Assembly: GCF_009914755.1 (NCBI RefSeq)
Contig: NC_060945.1
DNA from: the human T2T-CHM13v2.0 reference genome, Homo sapiens
Length of the DNA stretch: 64,000 bases
Strand: one strand, 5' to 3'
Positions 54,335 through 64,000 of this stretch are shown here, piece by piece. The stretch's first letter is position 1. Every line of letters begins with the position of its first letter. The notes under the pieces were generated by a model that searched no databases, was not told where the DNA came from, and saw nothing but the letters and a program-made list of their open reading frames with translations. A program made the position numbers and the translations under genes.

Positions 54335-54561
54335 ATTTTTTAACTGTGGCAAAACACACTCAACAATTTGCATCTTAACCACTGTTAAGTATACAATTCA
54401 GTGTCATTAAATGTATTCACAATGTTGTGCAAGCATCACCACCACCCATCTCCATAATTCTTTTTGTCTTGTAAAATTGAAATCCTGTACCCATTAAAAA
54501 GTGACTCCCCATTCCCCGCCCTCCCAGGGCAACTACAGCTTTACTTTCTGTCTTGATGAAT
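54335..54561 (-). mobile_element. L1MB-type 3' end fragment
   Basis: CATCTTAACCACTGTTAAGTATACAATTCAGTG...ATTCACAATGTTGTGCAAGCATCACCACC...GTACCCATTAAA...CTTTCTGTC. Confidence 0.78.
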
Positions 54562-55199
54562 CATACAATATCAAATGGAATTTTTAAGATATTTAAAATC
54601 TTTTGTCTGGAAGCGAAGTGGAAGTTAATATCAATGGCTATGCCTTCAGTGAGTTCTCAGACCACATTGCAATGTAGTTAACTATTTATCTTTTATTACG
54701 TTCTAGACCTATTATTTCTTTCTGGCACAAAAATATCTTCTTTGTAGATTATGGCATTTACCTCTATCTCCACACCTTTCTGCGTCTGTCATCCACAGAT
54801 CATCAGCCTCTTGCTTAGTCTCCATTTAATGACAATTTCTATTTAGTATACAAGAGTCCTTCCCCCCGCAATGCAATTTCTTCACTCTGAAAAGCTCTGA
54901 CTCTGGCTACTGGTCTCTGTTATGTACTCATCCCTAGAGCCATGTCTTCAAATATTTCTCAGAACTTCTTCACATCTAAAAATCTAGGATTAATGTATTG
55001 CTCTCTGATTATATTCTTCTGGTATTTCAAGTATCCTGTATAACTTCTTCATCTGCCCTTGCTTTTCTTATACATCAAGATGTCAAGTTCATGGACTTCC
55101 CAATTAATCATTTTAAAAATTTATTTCAAGCCTTTATGAGTCACTACAATGTACATATGTTCTCAGGAATTATGACCCTACAATTTGTATATGAGAATA

Positions 55200-55560
55200 G
55201 TTCCTGTGTCAGGCATTATGGACATAAGAGTAAATAAATTCTAGCCCCTGCCTACAAGGAGCTAATTCCCAGCCTAAGACAGATTGTAAGCCAATAATAT
55301 GCAGAGTTGTAAGTCTAAGGAAACTGATTGGGATGTACCTAATTCGAGCTGGGAATATCAGAAGAAAAACTTTTTGAAAGTCATGAGACATGAGCTGTGC
55401 CTAAAAGAATAAAAATAGAGTGAGAAATAAGAATAAATAAATTAGGGAATGAGATGGGTATAATAGTAGAAAAAGGAAATCTCTTTAGATAAAACAGGGT
55501 ATGAGAGTATATAGGAGGCTTATTAACTCAGTGTGGTTGGAGAAAACAGGTAGAAAGGAG
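55200..55560 (-). mobile_element. Degraded L2 3' region
   Basis: TGTGTCAGGCATTATG...CCCCTGCCTACAAGGAGCT pattern typical of the L2 3' end. Confidence 0.45.
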
Positions 55561-56195
55561 AAATAGGGGAGAAAGTTACAAAGGGAATCAAATGTGTTAG
55601 TAGTTGAGGGAAAAGCAAATATTGAATACGACCCATAGATCTTGGATAAACCAGTGTTTGGTAGTAGCTTACATAAAAGGTTGTGACAAAATAACCAGAG
55701 ATATGTGGAGAAAATAATAACTGAGTGTTATATTTCCTCTCAGTAGAAACCTAAAAAAAAAAATGTAATCACATACTGATCTTTTAACTGACCTCCACTT
55801 ATCTTGCTGCCTGGATTGGTATATATAGTCCTCTGCCTGAAAAATTGCTCAACACTTTTGAAAGGTTGTTTCTCACTGTTACTCCCAGGCATTTCTGCTA
55901 ACACCAGCTGAGTTGTAAGGGGCCCTCCAGGAGGCCTAGGTTGTTCTCCTTATCACATATATTATTTTCATTTATCAATTTACCCAGAACATCTAATGAA
56001 ATATTATGGACACCAATAACATGAATACAAATACAGCTATAGTCCCTAAAAAGTAAATTGATGTCTCTTGAAAGACTGTCATGTCTTAGATGCTAAATTT
56101 GGAGTATGTGTTTCTAATAAATAAATAGCTTGCTTTAATAATTCTGATTTATGAATGTAATATAGGGGAGCAGCTTTTATTTCATCCTTAATCTT

Positions 56196-56368
56196 AAAAA
56201 ACAATTAGCCGGGTGTGGTGGCGGGCACCTGTAGTCCCAGCTACTCAGGAGGCTGAAGCAGAAGGATGGTGTGCACCTGGGAGGCGGAGCTTGCTGTAAG
56301 CCAAAATTGTGCCACTGCACTCCAGCCTGAGTGACAGTGTGAGACTCTGTCTCAAAAAAAAAAAAAAG
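56196..56368 (+). mobile_element. 5'-truncated Alu (right monomer only, AluY/Sc-like)
   Basis: AATTAGCCGGGTGTGGTGGCGGGCACCTGTAGTCCCAGC...GGCGGAGCTTGC...GAGACTCTGTCTC followed by poly(A). Confidence 0.92.
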
Positions 56369-56775
56369 ATCATACAAGGAGTAAATGATGATTTAGCATA
56401 AAACACAACTTGAGCCTAAAACACAGATCATAGGGCTCAAACTTTGTTATTTTATGGGATTATACTAACCAGTTAATATTCAAAATTTACCATTTCAAAA
56501 GAAGAAATATTGGTCTGGGAAAATTGCCATTGCTTATACAGAAGAATGGAGGAATCTTTTTGAGAACAACAATTCTAATGATCTTCTTCATCACTGGTTC
56601 CAAAACCAAGCCCATGGAAGGCCCGCATAGGGATAATGTGGAGAACATGCAAAAGAAATACACATCACCAGCTCCTCAACTCAGAGCTCCAAGGGAATGG
56701 CCAAGGAAGCTGTATTGTCCTAAGAAATTTGAGACTGTTTGGACTTACAATAAATCCTGCTCAATCATATGTATG

Positions 56776-56778
<3 letters not shown>

Positions 56779-56821
<43 letters not shown>
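56779..56821 (+). repeat. Perfect (AC)~21 microsatellite
   Basis: Uninterrupted AC run. Confidence 0.95.
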
Positions 56822-56824
<3 letters not shown>

Positions 56825-57318
56825 GGTGTTGTCAGTGAAGCCTCTAACATTGCATCTTGACTGGACAGATTTGACAATTAAAATGGCTGGAAGAAAATAG
56901 GCTTCATAAGTGTCACTTACTATTCACATTACACATTAAAAGGACATCTCCTAAATTAAATCTTGTCTATGATAAAAAGGCAGAAAATCATGACCCAAGG
57001 CTCATTTATAACTGCAGAAATGTTCAAGATAGACCAATGCTTGCTATGTTTAGGAAGTGACAAGAAAGTACAGGTCTTTATAATCTACCATTTTGCCCCT
57101 TTTGATACCAGGTGACCTTCATAATGCAGGCTATAGAGAATTACAAGATTTGTCAGAGATTTCAGGTCTTTGGAAAGCTATGCTCTTTCACAAGAACAGC
57201 CATGGAAACAGGAAGAAAGTCAATTCCCACTTAAGGTAATCAGAATTTACAAATATTCCTTTCTTCATTGAAATCTCAATAGGCACTTCGATATTATATT
57301 TAATTAATTCTTTTGTTA

Positions 57319-57693
57319 CAATCATGCATCACATAACAACATTTTGGTCAAGGATAGTGCACTTGTATGACAGTGGTGCAATAAAATCATAACACTGTAT
57401 TTGTACTGTACCTCTTGTATGTTTAGACACGTATAGATACACTTGCTGTATAGATATAAGTAAGTATAGATATACTTGACTGTTGTGTTACAATTGCCTA
57501 CAGTATTCAGTACAGTAATATGCTGCACAGGTTTGTAGCCTAGGAGGAATAGGCTATACCACCTAACCTAGGTATGTAATCAGCTATAGCATCTAGGTTT
57601 GTGTAAGTAAACTCTGTGATGTTCATACAATAATAAAATTGTCCAGCAATGCATTTCTCAGACACACCCCTGTCATTAAGTGACACATGACTG
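57319..57693. mobile_element. Tigger3a/MER7-like DNA transposon MITE
   Basis: TA|CAATCATGCATCAC ... GTGACACATGACTG|TA terminal inverted repeats with TA target duplication; internal CAGGTTTGTAGCCTAGGAGGAATAGGCTATACCA. Confidence 0.85.
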
Positions 57694-59611
57694 TATTAGT
57701 TAACACTATGGGAACTTCATGGGAAATGGACACTCTAGCTCCACCATAAATAGAAACTGTTTATGTCAAAAAACACATAAAAGCATAGTTGCAAGATTAC
57801 AATTCCTTCCAGATATTTCATTTAGTATCTCCACAGATCACTAACTTCCTGAATAGCATTCTTGTGTCTCCACTGCCTCACATTTGATTTCAGGTCATTC
57901 CATCAATTGTCAAAGACGCATCCAACATTAACTTTCCAACTACTGGTTTGGATTGTGTCAACATTGTCATTCTGGGCCACAACAACACAAAAGGCTAACT
58001 CAGTGAGGTAACATAGACACTGATCAGTGAGATTTTGCTGATGGGTGGTACCATTTTTTACCAAGATCAAGGGTATTCATACCTTCAGGCATCTAGATAA
58101 CATTGAAAAGGGCAGGTTCATAGATAAAAAGGGAAAGAGGAAGGGTTTTTGCAGTATATATGAGCTACCATGTCTCCTGTTTAACCTGAGTCTGAAGAGA
58201 TTCAAAGTGCAGGTGCCATGAATGCCTCTTTAATAGCTCCATGTCGATTGATTTTCTGGGCTACACTTCACAGCATTCAAATTGCTAAATGCATATAAAC
58301 TACTAGTGGATATTTATTACCTGGATTTGTGCTTCTGAGTGACCTTATCTATAGTTATGTGCTTCAGTGATCCAACTTGGGGTGCACTCCAAACTTTGAT
58401 AAATTAAAGACCCTGCATATTCCTTGAGTAATGCTACACTGACAACTGATTTAGTGAATGCCACTGTGAAAATAATAAACCTCTTGGTGAATATATTTAG
58501 ACATGTCTTGGAACCTGTACACATCTTAACCAGGGATGTTACTTGGTCTTTTTATGTTCAGGAGTGTCTGGAGATAGAAAAACATACAGGATTGTAATTG
58601 TTGCCTGTGAGACTAACAGAAAATTCAAGCTAGTGAAGTATGCTTATGCATGGCACACTTCTCACCAGCAATTTTAGGAAGTTCTACCCACAACCCATAT
58701 GTCTTTTGATATGTGGGTTACCTTGGAGAGAGAAAAAGAAACTCTGAACACAAGCATGAAATACTTTCGAATTTTATCTAGAGTTGGACTTGTCCAAAAG
58801 CTTTTGTATAAACTTGCTTGATGAGGAACTGTTGTCCACTGGTACCTTCACCGTACAATCCACACACAACCAAACTTCACAACTGGACACCTAAATTTGC
58901 ACTTTGTTTGGTAAAGTTGAATGAAAAATGTTGTCTTTTAAGCTTATGTTCTCTTATGAAAGCTGTTATTAGATTAATTTTACTCCAAGATATGCCAGTT
59001 AGGAAATAACTTCCCATTTAATTTCACCAGCTCCCTGTGGGTGGACTAATTACTCATACATCACACTTACTCTGGTGGTGAAATGCCTCAAAAGAAGGTC
59101 TCCAGAGTGTCGCTTTACCTAGAAGGACAAGAATGAAGAGACATAAAAATCATTCATTAAGAAGGAAGAAGATTTTCCTTGCCTAGATTTTCACTTGTAG
59201 GATCCAATTAATTTTATCACTTAATATTTTGTCCTGGTGGGCATTCACTTTACAAATTTGTAAGGTCAGTAGAAATGGAAACTTTTGGAAATCAAACTGT
59301 AAATGTTCTGTAGACGTTGACAGAAATAGCTATTTGGAGCTGCGCTTTTGCCAACTAGACACTCTGAGAAAATCTGTGAGAGGATATTTTCAGGAAGTCA
59401 TTGAACCCCCTAAAAATCAAGTTTATTGCTTTTACCATAAATATAAATAATTTATTTACTATCAACCACTTTCAATATTCGAATAAGTAACTTTATTGTT
59501 TATTTCATTGACATGATCTACATAGACATGCAATTTATCTTCTTTTGCGATACATTCAGAAAATTTGCTGCCTGAAAAAGCCATGTTTTGAAATTACCAC
59601 CTGTTTGATGA

Positions 59612-59860
59612 TTTTTTTTTTTATACTTTAAGTTTTAGGGCACATGTGCACAACGTGCAGTTTAGTTACATATGTATACATGTGCCATGTTGGTGTGCTG
59701 CACCCATTAACTCGTCATTTAGCATTAGGTATATCTCCTAATGCTATCCCTACCCCCTCCCCCCACCCCGCAACAGGCCCTGGTGTGTGACGTTCCCCTT
59801 CCTGTGTCCATGTGTTCTCATTGTTCAATTCCCACCTATGAGTGAGAACATGCAGTGTTT
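59612..59860 (-). mobile_element. Short L1PA (PA4-like) 3'UTR fragment
   Basis: Poly-T, then TATACTTTAAGTTTTAGGGCACATGTGCACAAC...ATGAGTGAGAACATGCAGTGTTT. Confidence 0.93.
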
Positions 59861-62439
59861 CATTTCCACTTAAGTATCTATCTCTATTTGTCCTTTATTT
59901 TCACTTCCATCCTAGCTCTATCCCTTGTCTCCTTCGTGTGTCTCAGGATAAGTGCCCTATAACATTTTATACTTCTGGAAACCCTTCAATATAATGTTAT
60001 TACATGTAAAAATAAAAAGTCTGTTTTAGCGAACTCTTTCTTCACAAATTATCTTTTCCTACTTCCCTATTAGACAATTTTTGTAGGCTCCATATGCTAT
60101 TAATTTATATTCACTTTTAGAAGAATTTTCATCAAAAGCAAAAGTCTTATGTAAATCGTTTATATGCTATTTGTACTTCTGTGTATATATACACGCATAG
60201 CCACATACATATATGTAACTCCAGAGGCCTGCCTGGACTGTTAAATAACTGTATTGAACAAGAGCAAGAAAAAGCTGTTCAAATTTCAAACAACAAGTTG
60301 AACTGAAGAGCTCACATCTTTGAATGAAATAGACACTAGTAGCCTTTAAAAATTAAACATTTCTACTGTTTTAAAAAATTATAGGCATCATAGTATGAGG
60401 AAAAAATGTAATAATCCTTTTTAATTCTTGCCATTTTATTAACCACGGACTCCTTATGCCCTGACTTCATTGGTACCCCTTTGAGATTAAACAGAACAAT
60501 TAATTTAAAATTCTGATAAATAAATAAATTACACCATTTACTTGAGGTACTCTTTCACCTTTCAAGAAATATTTTGAGAATTCATTAGCTAAATATTGCT
60601 ATAATGCAGGCTAGTAATAAATAGAAATAATGATTTCATTGTAAAGTTTAAACTAATGATGGTATGATCTGGAATTTTTGTTAACCTAGAAGACATAATT
60701 AGCTCTACAGGTGAAATGAAAGACAAAATCACTTCACATATTAGTAAAAAACAAATAATATAACTTTATAAGCTACTGCTGTTCTTTTGCTGTTAAGAAC
60801 CAATGACATCTGTAATTAGGGAAGATTATGGAAAGGTTAAAGGTGAGAATACATGCAGTCTATATACAGGAAACCCAAACTGTTTAGGTTAAGGAAATGT
60901 CTGCAAAAGTCATATTAATTAGCAGGTTCACAGGAAACTAACATTTATTGTATAAATTCCATGGTCAAATGTATTAGGGCTCCACGCACACAACTGTGCG
61001 CCATCTATGTTACCACACAGTGCTTACTTCTTTCAGTCTTTATTCATTTCTCTCCTAATGGTCTGTATGGTATTATTACATAGTTCTAAAAACCTTCCAT
61101 GAGGCAGAAATTTCATTTAATGATACAGCTTCAAAAATAATGAAAACCAGTAGAAACTTTCTATTTTTTTATGAAGCAGAATTATTGAATTTTCAGTTTC
61201 ATTTATTTAATGTTACAAGAGGACAAACATATTTCTTTAATTCCTTCTTGTTATTTTTGTCTAACATCAACCAAAGCCATTTCTTTCATTTGAAGGTGAA
61301 AACTGCTCATCAAAATCCAGTTTAAGCTGAGAAACAAAGAACTAAATTTTGCATGAGACATTATACACTGCATAAATATAAAACAGGACCAGAAACAATG
61401 GTAGATTAGCAATTTTTAAAAAGACAAAAGCAGGTTATCATCAAATCAATTGTTACCAACACCCCAATTCCACCTCTAGGCCAGAAAATTAGCCACTTAC
61501 CCACGGGAAAACAATGATTGAAGACAAAGTTCACCAGTGAAAGTTGGTTATTTTTTTCCATCCTTGCATCAACTAAAATGATATCTACAGTTCCTCTTAA
61601 CACTTTTCTTACTTTCAAATATGTGGGTATGCTTCATTAGCTGAGGCCATGTTCCATATGTACATCTGGCTACAAGGGAAACTGGGAATGTGAGCCCTGA
61701 TCCTAATGTTTGTAGAGTATTTAGAAGTTTGAGAATTCCCTCCAAATAAAGAGTTTTCTAAAACATTGTTAGACAAAAAGTTTGAATTACAAAATATGGT
61801 AGTAGCTCAGGTCTAAACCAAATGCAGGGAAAAAACTATTAACTCTAAAAAAATTAAATACACATTTGATGGTAATGAGAAACAGAAAACAGGCAGAAAT
61901 AGTAGAATACTCCACTAATGATGAAGTATTTGACCATTGAATAAAGAAAATTGCAATGATTTAAATTTGCATCAAGGCAACTTCACACCTGATGACGCTT
62001 CCCAGTCTGTGCAAAATTAGATGTCTACGAGTAAAGCGGTGAGTTTTACTAGCTTGAGGAATAAGAGCACAGAGTTCCAGGCTGACAGAAAAGAGGAACT
62101 GGGAAATTTAAATGACATGGGAGGACATCTCACACAACTGAAAGTCACAGAGGAGAATATCACAGAGTAAAAATCTAAAATCAGCACTTCAACTTCATTC
62201 AAATATATGATGGCTGCTACATTTCACATTCATAAAAGGAGACTCCATAGAATCCAGCAGAAAACAACAGCTAAATTGCTAGTACAGAGCAGAGATTTCA
62301 ACCATTGCATATAGCTCAGGAGTGAAAGTTTGGTGTTTGACTACGGAAAGAAGACTAATGTTAGAAAAGAGTCATTCTTCAAAGGAAAATAAACGAACCT
62401 ATCTCTACAAAATATCATACACATAATCTAACATATAAT

Positions 62440-63744
62440 TTAATCTGCCTAGACATAGAACCAGGAAAATATGACACATAACAAAAAAAGTAAACAATGG
62501 ATTAAGACATTGAAATGGCCCACACGCTGGAATTAGAATATAAGAAATTTAAAATAAGCTATTATAAGCATATTCAAGGATTTAAGGAATAGATGGTCAT
62601 AAGAGGGAATATATGGAGAATCTCAACAGAGAAGTAAAAATGATAAAGAGATAATAGGACAAATTTTAGAACTGAGAGACAGAGTATCTTATATAAAAAT
62701 GTCATTTTATGTACATACCAGTAAATTAAAGATGGCACAAAAAATTATCAGTGCACTTAAAAACAGATCAAGAACAATTTCCCAATACAGTTAATACAAA
62801 CGAAGAAAAATAATAAAAATAGGGCCAGTCTAGCACTAATATAATTGGAGTCCTAGAAAGAGTAGAGAAGTAAATGAGACAGAAAAAGCTATTTGAAAAA
62901 GTAAAGACCAAAAGTTTTCCTAATTGTCAGCATATATCAACTTACAGGTTTAAGAAACTCAAAGAACAGAATAAAAATAAAGAGAACCAAATGTAGACAT
63001 ACCATAGTCAAACCACTGGGCAAAAAAAAGAGTAAATCTTGAAAGTAGCTAAAGGGAGGGAGAAAATAATTTACATCCGTGGAAACAAATAGACAGATGA
63101 CCTGTCATCAGAAATGACACTTTAAAAAGCAATGAAACTACATCTTCAAAAGAAAACTGTCAACTCCAAATTCTATAACTAGATAAAGTAATTCTTGAGA
63201 AAAGAAAGATTTATTCAGATAAAAGAAAGCTTCAAACAATTGTCATTAGCAGACCAAGATACAAGAAATGCAAACGGAAATTTTTTAGGCTAAAGAAAGA
63301 TAACAACAGACGGAAATTCTGAGCTACAGGAAGCAAGGAGAAGCTCTAGGAATGGCATGTGCATAAACGTGAAAAACTAAGGCTTTTTTTTTTAGTTTTA
63401 TAACAAACAACTGATGCTTTGAATAAAAAATTAAGTGTACTATTGATAATGTGTGTAAAATATTCTAAATTAATAGCTCTGACAGGAGACTAAACGCAAC
63501 AATTTTGCCGCAACTTTTCCTTATGTTACATGAAAACGCTGACTATTAACACTAAGTGGACTGCGATAAGCCCAGGATGTTTATTATAATCCCTAGAGAA
63601 CCACCACATTATATGAAGATACTCTTCTAAAATGCCAATAAAGGAATTAAAATGGAACGCTGAATATTGTTCAGTTAATATAAAAAGGCATGAAAGAAAG
63701 AGGAGCAAAAAATGATGGAGCAAATAGAACATAAGAGCAAAATA
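62440..63744 (+). mobile_element. Ancient L1M ORF1-region remnant
   Basis: A-rich; AACCAGGAAAATATGAC, TATAATTGGAGTCCTAGAA, CATAGTCAAAC...AAATCTTGAAAGTAGC and CTGTCAACTCCAAATTCTATA motifs of old L1 ORF1. Confidence 0.65.

Positions 63745-64000
<256 letters not shown>

Overview
Eukaryotic, primate (human or great-ape-like) heterochromatin-euchromatin boundary. There are no prokaryotic features and no intact protein-coding gene. Positions 1-24550 are a diverged classical satellite-3-type array of GGAAT/GGAGT pentamers. It is interrupted about every 400 bp by about 60 co-oriented copies of one ~57-bp Alu right-arm 3' fragment (GTGAGCTGAGATTGTGCCACTGCACTCCAGCCTGGGTGACAGAGTGAGATCCTGTC, followed by GAAAGAAAGG in place of the A-tail). 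Diagnostic variants of this fragment show nested ~0.4-kb, ~2-kb and ~4.6-kb periodicities. The satellite ends abruptly at a 5-bp microhomology with an internal L1 ORF2 fragment. Positions 24550-64000 are AT-rich, repeat-laden sequence: one full-length but inactivated L1PA4-like element (41351-47474), several 5'-truncated L1PA and old L1M pieces, six Alus, LTRs (MER34-like, MER21-like), DNA transposon fossils (MER5A, MER47, Tigger3), MIRs and microsatellites. All long ORFs in the satellite are compositional artefacts. Repeat subfamily names come from recall of consensus sequences, not a database search.
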